Positions 21,755-29,950 of a stretch of DNA of 64,000 nt are shown here, piece by piece. Under the pieces are notes generated by a model. The model was not told the origin of the DNA. It made no database searches and saw only the letters and a program-made list of their open reading frames with translations. Made by a program: the position numbers and the translations under genes. This DNA comes from an uncultured cyanobacterium (GTDB lineage Bacteria; Cyanobacteriota; Cyanobacteriia; CAKZMO01). The stretch is taken from positions 32,001 to 96,000 of the forward strand of contig CAVRCJ010000007.1 of the NCBI GenBank assembly GCA_963719515.1, written 5' to 3'. Every line of letters begins with the position of its first letter. The stretch's first letter is position 1.

Positions 21755-22459
21755 ACCCATACTAGTGGCGACAATACAATTGAGCCACCCCGCGAGCATG
21801 AACGGGGTGGCTCACTCAGTAAAACCATTCTCCAAGGTGAGAACGGCTGTACCGGAGCGCTCACAGTTGACGCGGCGATCGCGACGCGAAGGCAATGGCT
21901 CTATCGCCGTATTACAACATCGTTTTATAGCACGATGGTCAACCGCTACGCCGCTAGCTCACTCGCCACGGTGAAGCTGACGTCTGCTACCGCACCGCTT
22001 CCTGCCAGGAATACCTCCATACGGGCCACGATATCCCCTTCGCCCAGGGCAAAGGTAGCGTCAGCCTCTGCCTCTAGAGGCAGACCTAAAGCGACCAAAC
22101 CAGCGGTGTCCAAATCGCCTGCGATCGCGTCAACAGCGCCGCTCACGTCGGTGAGTTCGATGTCAGCCGTGTCCAAGAATTCCTCGTCAAAGAAGAGGCT
22201 GGTGACGCTAGAGGAATCGCTGCCCCCCACAACCACAAACTGACTTGCTCAATGTGTAGCCTAGAGCACAAACGATATAATCAATTTATGCAGGTTTCTG
22301 AGCAACTTCCCATCAGCTTCTTATGGTCTGCTCAGAGTTCAGTCAGGAGCGGCTCAGATAGCTCCGGCACTATAGAAACTGTAGACAACAGGCAAATCGC
22401 TTCATTCAGCTTCGACCGCTGCCTGCAATGCGCCCCCAATTTTTAAGGAGATTTCTGTT

Positions 22460-22819
22460 ATGAAACGTATCTTTACCGCCGTTCTATCCATCGCCGCGAT
22501 CGCCGCCTTTACTGCCCCCGCTGCTGCGCTCTCTGGCCGCCACGCTGAAGAGTTCCACGAAGGCCTAGGCAATAAGCTCTCGGGTCGCTTTGAAGAAGAG
22601 TTTCGTGAAGGTCTGGGCAACAAGCTCTCGGGTCGCTTTGAAGAAGAGTTTCGTGAAGGTCTGGGCAACAAGCTCTCGGGTCGCTTTGAAGAAGAGTTTC
22701 GTGAAGGTCTGGGCAACAAGCTCTCTGGCCGCTTCGAAGAAGAGTTCCGTGAGGGTCTGGGCAATAAACTCTCGGGTCGCTTTGAAGAAGAGTTTCGCGA
22801 AGGTCTAGGCAACAAATAG
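22460..22819 (+). CDS. Secreted tandem-repeat peptide (23-aa signal peptide + 6 x 16-aa LSGRFEEEFREGLGNK-type units)
   Basis: SD AAGGAG upstream; signal peptide ends APAAA; variation among units 2-6 is synonymous only; downstream terminator. Confidence 0.85.
   Translation: MKRIFTAVLSIAAIAAFTAPAAALSGRHAEEFHEGLGNKLSGRFEEEFREGLGNKLSGRFEEEFREGLGNKLSGRFEEEFREGLGNKLSGRFEEEFREGLGNKLSGRFEEEFREGLGNK
22529..22816 (+). repeat. Six tandem 48-bp coding repeats
   Basis: Units 2-4 are identical (ctctcgggtcgctttgaagaagagtttcgtgaaggtctgggcaacaag); no spacers. Confidence 0.95.
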
Positions 22820-22871
22820 AGGTTTTACCTGAGGTAAAAAGTTCGAGCTACCACACAGACATAGACACAAT

Positions 22872-22901
22872 TCCAGGGCCTCAAAACCCTGGGATTTTTT
22901 T
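22872..22901 (+). terminator. Rho-independent terminator
   Basis: CCAGGG-cctcaaaa-CCCTGG followed by a T-tract. Confidence 0.8.
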
Positions 22902-22906
22902 GCGGG

Positions 22907-23288
22907 TTAGCGCGTCGGGCGCTGCTGCACCAGATAGCTCAACACTTGCCCCTGAGCCGGTGTGATTCTAATGCCCTGCTCCCGGATCGCAATCAGCGGG
23001 GTCCACAGTCGTCTTTCGACGTACTGCAGCAGGTGCAGTCGGGCGTTCGCACTAGCGAAGGCTTTGCCTTATCGCATCCTGGACGTCTGCGGGGGAGCCG
23101 ATGATGATGTGCCTCAGGTGTGAGTCTCCGCCTGATTCTGAAGGATCGACACAGCTGGGGGCTGGGGACGGCTCGATTAACACTGGCGCGATGGGTGCTG
23201 TGTCTGGCGCGGAGCCGGGTACATCGCTGGGCAGCGCGGGCTGTGCCGCCTCTTCGGTGGAGGGCGACAGATAAGTTTTAGGTAACAT
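22907..23288 (-). pseudogene. Small conserved hypothetical protein (118 aa when repaired), paralog of 54760-55074, disrupted by a 25-nt insertion
   Basis: Removing 23046-23070 restores GCGATCGC and the frame: ...LRHIIIGSPADVQDAIARLHLLQYVERRLWTPLIAIREQGIRITPAQGQVLSYLVQQRPTR*. Confidence 0.82.
23046..23070. mobile_element. 25-nt insertion into a HIP1 site (SDR5-like very small repeat)
   Basis: GCG[ttcgcactagcgaaggctttgcctt]ATCGC; contains an internal hairpin AAGGC-ttt-GCCTT. Confidence 0.7.
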
Positions 23289-23539
23289 GAGGGACTCCTG
23301 TTTACGTTGGGTTAGGAGTCCCCCAAAAACCGGTCATCACCAAACGTTTACGCGGTTCGAGATGACACAGGTAAAATTACCTCAGTTCTTCCCGACAGCT
23401 GTAACCTGTCGTGTGGGATTAGGGGCCGCATGTTGTCTGCATCAACATGCGGCTCCGCCCGACCGAATTCTTGGGAGACTAAGCCATGGAGACCACGGCT
23501 ACAGCAACTGAGGATAATACATTTGGTCTTTGGAGGCAA
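23289..23539 (-). promoter_or_regulatory. Promoter plus structured RNA leader, copy A
   Basis: Minus strand: TTGCCT (23539-23534)-N17-TATCCT (23516-23511); serial hairpins; CCCAAGAATTCGGTC complementary to GACCGGTTTTTGGG; hairpin GGGACTCCT/AGGAGTCCC covering the SD. Confidence 0.65.
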
Positions 23540-23623
23540 GGTGTCTGATGGTGGCGATCGCGTCTAAGCGTTAGGCAATTCCCGACGGGTTGAAGTGGAG
23601 CCGATGATGGCAAAGGGCAGAGC

Positions 23624-23863
23624 GTGAAAGCGGCTGAACTACTGCGACTCTATGAGGCGGGGCGGCGGGCCTGGATTCGCGCTACTTCTGTCGCGTTTGC
23701 GGCAACGGGTGGCACGAGCTTTTACCGCGCTAATCTGACGGATGCTAGTTTTGCGGGGGCTCAGCTTCGGGGTACGGATTTTCAGCAGGCGACATTGACT
23801 GGTGTAATTTGGCGAGAGGCTGAGGGGCTAGCCTGGGTGCGATTGGATGAACGGCTTGAATAG
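23624..23863 (+). pseudogene. Internally deleted pentapeptide-repeat gene fragment
   Basis: Typical N-terminus MKAAELLRLYEAGRR joined abruptly to GGTSFYRANLTDASFAGAQLRGTDF. Confidence 0.55.
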
Positions 23864-23995
23864 CTGTAAAAGCTAAACTTACTGATTTGTGGTCAACAAG
23901 AGGAAGGCGATCGCGGTTTTTGGTTGGCGATCGCTTCGATGCTCCGAAGGACCTTCGAGGGCGTAGTCTATTGCGAACGAACGTCCTTCGCTGTT

Positions 23996-25750
23996 CTAGA
24001 TGAAGTCTGCGCGATTAAGATCACCGACGTTCACGTTTTCTAACAGAAGTATGCTGCGTCCGCGAAATTGCACCAGCACATCATCTCGCCGCTGATCTAG
24101 AGTAATCTGACCCAAGCCAATACCAATCAAATTAACTCTGTCACGCCTGTCTTGAAAGTCGGTAACGCGGTCGAATCCTTTACCGCGAATAATGATTTGG
24201 TCGCGTCCGGAGCCAGTCTTTATGACGTCGCTGCCGCCGCCGCCATCAATACGATCATTTCCCGCGCTACCAATCATAACGTCGTTGCCGCCGCCGCCGC
24301 CCAAGCGATCGTTGCCGGCCCCACCAATCAATCGGTCCTTGCCGCCGCCGCCCTCTAAGCGGTCGTTGCCGGCTCCGCCAATCAAGACGTCTCTACCGCC
24401 GCCGCCAAGGAGCGTATCCCTGTCAATACCGCCAACGAGTCGGTCGTTACCGCCCTGGCCTATAAGACGATCGTTGCCGGAACCGCCTATGAGACGATCG
24501 TTGCCAGAACCGCCTATGAGCTGGTCGTTACCGATGCCACCATTGAAGCGATCGTTTCCAGGGGTACCGACTATAACATCATCGTTGGGCGGTGGCAGTA
24601 TTGGTTGTGGCGATGGCAATATCGGCTGCGGCGATGTTGGCTGTGACGGTGCTCCGGTTGGAACTTGGGTAATGTCTATGTTGTAAGTAGTTGAGGCCCC
24701 TCCTATCCGAATAAAGTAGGTTCCAGCCGATAGATTTGTAGATAGTCTGTCACGCCCACTGAATCTCCGAGCAACACGCTCACTAGATTCAGCAACGTTG
24801 TTACCATTTCTATCAGCAAAGATATCAAAAAATATTCTATTGGTTTCTCCACTAAAAACTACACCTAAGTTACTATTTTGGGCCAGTGTAAACTTATAGA
24901 AATCGAACTCATCTAAAGTACCTACGTAATCGCGGATACTGCGCCCTCTAGGTAGTACGCCTAAATCGAGCGCCTGGGCAATATTATTTCCGGGGTCTAC
25001 AGGAATATTGCTTGGCTTTAAAGTTGGTGATAGTCGAAGATCATAGTTTGTTGTTGCTCCATCTACCTCAATGAAGTAGTCTCCGGCTGGTAAGTCTGTA
25101 GAAAGAACATCGCGTACATTTGATCTTCTTACGATGTCTTCACCGCGATCAAAAATTCTATTGTTGTTTCGATCGGAAATAATTCTGATAGTGTTAATTC
25201 TATCATTACCTTCTTCATCAACGACTACTGCAAGATTTCCATTCTCGGGTAGCGTAAGCTTGTAAAAATCGGAGTCGTCCAATTCTCCTATATAGTCTTT
25301 TAAGCTAAGTTCTGCAGAGACTATTCCCAGATCAAATGCTTGATCGATGCTATTTCCAGGGTCTGAAACAAGATTACTTCGTCTTTCGGTTGCTGCTAGC
25401 TGAACGCTATAGTCGACTGTGTTGCTTATGAATGAAGGCACAGATAGCTGAATAAAATAAGCTCCAGCTGTTAAAGGTCTAAAAAATCTTCCTGATGTTG
25501 GAAAGGAGCTTCCCCTAATACGCTCGGTATCTTGAACAATTCCATCTTTATTTATATCAGTAAGTAGAGTGAATGAGGGTGTTCTCGTTATACTACTTAT
25601 GTTTGCTGAAAAATCGCTGTTTTGATTAAGGGTGAATTGATAATACGCAGTCTGGTCTGTGTCATCAAAGGTATCAATGATAGTACGCAGGCTAGACAGA
25701 ACGCCGAGATCATTTGCGGTTGCGAGGGTATTGTCGGACAGTGAAACCAT
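23996..25750 (-). CDS. RTX-type Ca-binding secreted protein with repeated PPC-like domains
   Basis: Three repeats of D..DFYKF/L-TL...GxYFI, a Pro-rich linker and many GGxGxDxLx nonapeptides. Confidence 0.88.
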   Translation of the reverse strand: MVSLSDNTLATANDLGVLSSLRTIIDTFDDTDQTAYYQFTLNQNSDFSANISSITRTPSFTLLTDINKDGIVQDTERIRGSSFPTSGRFFRPLTAGAYFIQLSVPSFISNTVDYSVQLAATERRSNLVSDPGNSIDQAFDLGIVSAELSLKDYIGELDDSDFYKLTLPENGNLAVVVDEEGNDRINTIRIISDRNNNRIFDRGEDIVRRSNVRDVLSTDLPAGDYFIEVDGATTNYDLRLSPTLKPSNIPVDPGNNIAQALDLGVLPRGRSIRDYVGTLDEFDFYKFTLAQNSNLGVVFSGETNRIFFDIFADRNGNNVAESSERVARRFSGRDRLSTNLSAGTYFIRIGGASTTYNIDITQVPTGAPSQPTSPQPILPSPQPILPPPNDDVIVGTPGNDRFNGGIGNDQLIGGSGNDRLIGGSGNDRLIGQGGNDRLVGGIDRDTLLGGGGRDVLIGGAGNDRLEGGGGKDRLIGGAGNDRLGGGGGNDVMIGSAGNDRIDGGGGSDVIKTGSGRDQIIIRGKGFDRVTDFQDRRDRVNLIGIGLGQITLDQRRDDVLVQFRGRSILLLENVNVGDLNRADFI

Positions 25751-26351
25751 GTGAATCTATAGTGACAAGTGTGGCTATCAATCAAGACGAACATGTATAA
25801 TTTATCACTAGAAAATCGAAGTACATCTAATATTGCGCGATGGTAACAATTCCGCAAAGAGATTAACATTTTGGTAAGAATTTTAAAATTTAATCAAATG
25901 ATCATTGCGCAGGCTCTACAAGCAGTTGTGGCATGTTTACAACTACTACAATCGTGAGCGATAAATACGCACAGGTTGAAGTATCTCTGTCGTAGCGTTA
26001 TTTTTAGGCCGGAGTAATCCTGATTTTGTTTTCCGGAACGGTGATCAAGGCTATCCATTGTTCCTACTCTACGTACTGCAGCAGATCCAATGCCGCCGCC
26101 GTCGGCAACATCACCAGCGGAGCCGTCACCTTCTCCGGCGACCTTAACAGCTTCGCCAATAACCTCACCGAGCTAACCCAGACCCTAGGTATTCCCGTCG
26201 AGCAGGTGCAAACGCCTCAGCCGTAGGCACACACCATTGTCATACAGACTGCATCTCGATTAACCTAAAGCGACAAATTGACAATATTTTGTGCTGGGAC
26301 AGCTACCATAGCTCTGTAATTATATGTATTGCGCAATATTTCAATCGACCT

Positions 26352-27206
26352 ATGACCCTAAAATTACTCATAACCCTAGCGGCCCTGCTCACCCTGCCCC
26401 TCCCTGCTGTCGCCCAAAATATTCAAAGCGTTGACGACGCCCCCAACGACACCTTCAGCGATCGCGTCTCCATCGCTCCTGACGTCACGCGAATCTTTGG
26501 ACAGCTTGAGCCACCGGAAATCCCTGACACAGACTATCGCACTCGCGAAGCGATGAGTCGGGGCGAAGCCAACACCGTGACGATTACCGGCCTGCCCGCC
26601 TCCGAGCCCTTCTTCGCCTGGGTGGAGTCTGACGACTCAATGGACCTCGTCATGGCGCAGTTCGACGGTGCCGGAAACATGATCCTATTCGACGACGACA
26701 GCAGTCCGTTTGGAAGCCTTGCGCCAGCGATTCGAGGCATCGTACCCAGTAATGGGACGGTAGAACTCAAGGTATCGGGGCTTGGGGATGACGATTTCGA
26801 CGGATTTCAGGATTACTACAACCCCGAGGGTGTGGTGTCGTCGCGCGACCCACACGGCCAAGCAGGAGACTATACCCTATCGGTACTCACGGGTGAAGAG
26901 AGCATCACCGGTGACCTCGACTTCTTCACGCTGAGTGGACTGACGCCGGGAGATGTTTTTTCGGTAGCCGTCAGCCTCGCAGAAGCTGGGGCTTCCGTAG
27001 GCTGGCTAGCGGGCGATGGCAGCCTAATTGGCCGCAGCATTTACTCTGAGGTGGATAGTCGTGAGCAGGTCAGCGGCCTAGTTCCGGCCAGCGGCGAGAT
27101 TCATCTTGTGGTGAGTGGGTATGAAGACTTCAGATTTGAAGGACGTCACGGAACCTCTGGAGAATACGTTATAGCTGTCGAGACCCGAGCTGTTGAGTCA
27201 CCATAG
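26352..27206 (+). CDS. Secreted acidic protein with PPC-like beta domains
   Basis: Signal peptide MTLKLLITLAALLTLPLPAVA; DDDSS, GDLDFFTLSGL and GEY motifs. Confidence 0.65.
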   Translation: MTLKLLITLAALLTLPLPAVAQNIQSVDDAPNDTFSDRVSIAPDVTRIFGQLEPPEIPDTDYRTREAMSRGEANTVTITGLPASEPFFAWVESDDSMDLVMAQFDGAGNMILFDDDSSPFGSLAPAIRGIVPSNGTVELKVSGLGDDDFDGFQDYYNPEGVVSSRDPHGQAGDYTLSVLTGEESITGDLDFFTLSGLTPGDVFSVAVSLAEAGASVGWLAGDGSLIGRSIYSEVDSREQVSGLVPASGEIHLVVSGYEDFRFEGRHGTSGEYVIAVETRAVESP

Positions 27207-27278
27207 GATACAGGATTAGAGTTGGTGCTGTCGGAGAGCGCTTCTTGATGAGAGTCTCTCCAGCAGCTCAGAGCCCCC

Positions 27279-28016
27279 ATGTCTGAATCAAGGCGCTACC
27301 TACAGGATATGTATCTTTCAAAAGGACTTATCTCCTCCATTGCTGCGGTTTCTCCCAATGCCGTTTTCTTCAAGCCGACGACAGAAAAAGTTATTGGCCT
27401 GACCATTGATGATGTGCCAACGGCGGGTGAAGCGGGCTACCCCTCGACCCAGCTTATCTTGGAGGCGATCGCCCGCCATAACCAAACCCTTGACGAGCGG
27501 GACCACGCCCACGCCACCTTTTTCGTCATCGGTAGCCAGCTTACCCACGGCACCGATATCCTGCACCAAATTCTGGAGCAGGGCCATGAGCTGGGAAATC
27601 ACGGCATGATGGACTGCTTTCACGTCAGCCAATCGCCTCAGGAATTTGAGGCCGAAATTTGGCGATCGCACGGTTTGCTCACCGAAGGCACTGCTGCCCG
27701 CGTGCAGTGGTTTCGTCCGGGGCGGGCTTTCTTTAACCCCACCATGGTCACCACGCTGAAAGCGCTACAGCCCCAAGGCTATCGCCCGCAGATGGCGCTA
27801 GCTTCGATGATGCCTCTCGACACCCGCGACGAATTCAAGAATCCAGCGTTTACGCTTCAGTACGCCCTGCGGTTTGTGTTCCCCGGAGCAATTCTAGTGC
27901 TGCACGGTGGCAGCGAGGAGCGGGATAGAAATACGGCGATGGTGCTCAAATTGCTGCTGCCTCGCCTTCGCGCCATGGGATACCGGGTGGTGACGCTGTC
28001 TCGGCTGTTTTCTTAG
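27279..28016 (+). CDS. Polysaccharide deacetylase (NodB/CE4)
   Basis: LTIDD, ATFFVIG, GHELGNHG, WFRPG and ILVLH motifs. Confidence 0.88.
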   Translation: MSESRRYLQDMYLSKGLISSIAAVSPNAVFFKPTTEKVIGLTIDDVPTAGEAGYPSTQLILEAIARHNQTLDERDHAHATFFVIGSQLTHGTDILHQILEQGHELGNHGMMDCFHVSQSPQEFEAEIWRSHGLLTEGTAARVQWFRPGRAFFNPTMVTTLKALQPQGYRPQMALASMMPLDTRDEFKNPAFTLQYALRFVFPGAILVLHGGSEERDRNTAMVLKLLLPRLRAMGYRVVTLSRLFS

Positions 28017-28192
28017 CGGAGGTAGTAGTTGCCGCGATAGCGCAGGGCGAGGGCGGAATCTATTGACCGAGCGACACCCTGACGGAAGGCCGTTCCGCTG
28101 CCGCGATAGGTCCCCGACAGGCCAAGTTCGGCTGTCTTGATGGAAGTGGTCTTGACAACGAATTCAGCGCCACGGTAGGTAAGATTTTTCAT
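28013..28192 (-). CDS. DUF4278-like small protein
   Basis: MKNLTYRG...GTYRG...LRYRGNYY: three YRG motifs. Confidence 0.75.
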   Translation of the reverse strand: MKNLTYRGAEFVVKTTSIKTAELGLSGTYRGSGTAFRQGVARSIDSALALRYRGNYYLR

Positions 28193-28639
28193 GGGGTCAA
28201 AGGGGTAGAGACATCGAAAGCACTGCCTGTGCGCTGCCCTCGATGAGTCTAGTATGACAAAATTTTTCAGCAAGAAAATACTGAAGAGTTGAGATTTGTT
28301 CAGGACTGACCTCAGGTTTATTCAAAGCTTTCTTTCTCCACTCAGGCGATTCAAGCTCACCGAAGCAATAAAAAACGTTAAATGGTCTGCAGTAGAATGT
28401 AGACCGTTGCTATAACCCTGGGCAACAAATTTTACGTCAGAACGTCCAGGTTCTGTAGCAATTATCCTGATGCATTGGGATAATTATGTGTGTTAGCGCT
28501 GATGCGGTGCAGTAGCTTGAGCCGGTCAAATTGTCCTCGCTGGGGCCAATGCAACAGGGGGCAGCGCGGTTTGTCCCTCTAGGGGTAAAAAGGGCGCTTC
28601 GCCCAAAACTTTGCTTGCATAGTCGTCAGGATTGAGCGC

Positions 28640-29950
28640 ATGAATCCTCATCTCAAAACCTTGGGCCGCTTGTCCCTAATCTTAGCTGCCACCATCGGCC
28701 TAGCCTCAGCTATAGACGCAGATCGAAACCGCTTGGGCCTTGTTGTGACCAATTGCCGCACCGCGCTGCCGGATTGCCCAGCGCAAACGCCCACGGCCAC
28801 GATGAACCTGTCTCCCGCTCAGCAGCGGCAGCTCGACGAGCAGGGGGCCGACTATTTGCAGAACGCCAACTCTTACGAGGTGCTGCGGGCCTCTGCCCCT
28901 CCAGCAGAGCGCGGCGATCGCTCCTCTGAAGGTGCGAGTGAACTCGGCGGGGAAAATTCGGGCGACATTACGGGCCGGGTTTACTACTTTCCAGCTCGGG
29001 CCTGGGTGCCCTACGCTGGCCTAACGCTGTTTGGTTTGACGGCTTGGACGACTGCGGAGGTGTTGCTAAGGCAGCGGCGATCGCAGCAGCGGCAGCTCCA
29101 CACCCTCAAGAGTAGCCTGCAGCTCACTCAAAAAAGACTAGCCCAGGCCAAAGCGCTTGGCCGTAGGGAGCAAGAGACAAAGCTTAGAGCAGAGCTAGCC
29201 GCTTGGCAGCAGCAGACTGATACCGCCAATCAAACCGTCGAGCAGCTCAGAGCTGACCTTGAAGGTCTGCAGCATGGTCAGGATGAGGCGGCTGCAGAAA
29301 TCCGCAGGCTGCAGCGTAGCCTGCGGCGCGCGCAGTCAGCGGCGGACCAGGTCGGCCCGCTGGAGCAGGAGCTAATCAATACCCAGGGGACTGAATCGCT
29401 TGCGGTGGCGGAGAATGAGGAATTAAGGCGCGAAAACGAGGGCCTAAAGCGCGATGCAGAAGGCCTAAAGCGCGAGATTTTGGGGCTGCAGAACCGGCTT
29501 GAGACCAGACGTAGCGCTCACACGCTGGCTCAATCTATTAGCTTGAGCCAGGAAGATTACGCGATCGCCCTAAAAGCAACTGAAGCCGACCTCTACCTCG
29601 ACGAAAAGCGCGATATTTTGCTCGACCTGCTGCGTGAGGCGCTGTCCACGGTTCCGGGGAAAAGCCGCAGATTTCATCTCCTGTGCGACCTTATCGACTG
29701 CAACCCTGCGTCGGGGCGTCGGGGCGAGCTGCATGCGCAGGTCCACCAAACCTTGAAGGCGTATCGGTCGATGGATTCTCAAATTGAAAAATCTCTCAGG
29801 CAAATGGGATTCGACCTGAGGAAGACGGGTAAGCACCACAAGATCATATTTTGCGGCGACCCGCGATACGTGGTGACGATGTCCAAAACCGGCAGCGATC
29901 GCCGAGGAGGTCTCAACTTGGTGAGCCAAATCCGCAGGCATTGCCTTTAG
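28640..29950 (+). CDS. Membrane-anchored coiled-coil protein with possible HicA-like C-terminal domain
   Basis: N-terminal hydrophobic segment, second TM, long coiled coil; C-terminus LRQMGFDLRKTGKHHKIIF...VVTMSKTGSD. Confidence 0.55.
   Translation: MNPHLKTLGRLSLILAATIGLASAIDADRNRLGLVVTNCRTALPDCPAQTPTATMNLSPAQQRQLDEQGADYLQNANSYEVLRASAPPAERGDRSSEGASELGGENSGDITGRVYYFPARAWVPYAGLTLFGLTAWTTAEVLLRQRRSQQRQLHTLKSSLQLTQKRLAQAKALGRREQETKLRAELAAWQQQTDTANQTVEQLRADLEGLQHGQDEAAAEIRRLQRSLRRAQSAADQVGPLEQELINTQGTESLAVAENEELRRENEGLKRDAEGLKREILGLQNRLETRRSAHTLAQSISLSQEDYAIALKATEADLYLDEKRDILLDLLREALSTVPGKSRRFHLLCDLIDCNPASGRRGELHAQVHQTLKAYRSMDSQIEKSLRQMGFDLRKTGKHHKIIFCGDPRYVVTMSKTGSDRRGGLNLVSQIRRHCL

Noticed and set aside
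21946..22236. 96-aa acidic ORF as a functional gene
   Set aside because: No convincing start or SD; it looks like an orphan fragment of a larger surface protein and I cannot assign a family.
22402..22815. Antisense and alternative-frame repeat ORFs (PRPSRNSSSKRPESLL; KKSFVKVWATSSRVAL)
   Set aside because: Shadows of the 22460-22819 gene, which has the SD, signal peptide and terminator.
22529..22816. CRISPR array
   Set aside because: The repeats are contiguous 48-bp units with no unique spacers, in frame, with synonymous variation; no cas genes are in the window.
28193..28270. Glutamine (glnA/Downstream-peptide) riboswitch expected upstream of a DUF4278 gene
   Set aside because: Only a simple hairpin (CATCGAGGGCA/TGCTTTCGATG) is visible; I could not find the conserved riboswitch core.
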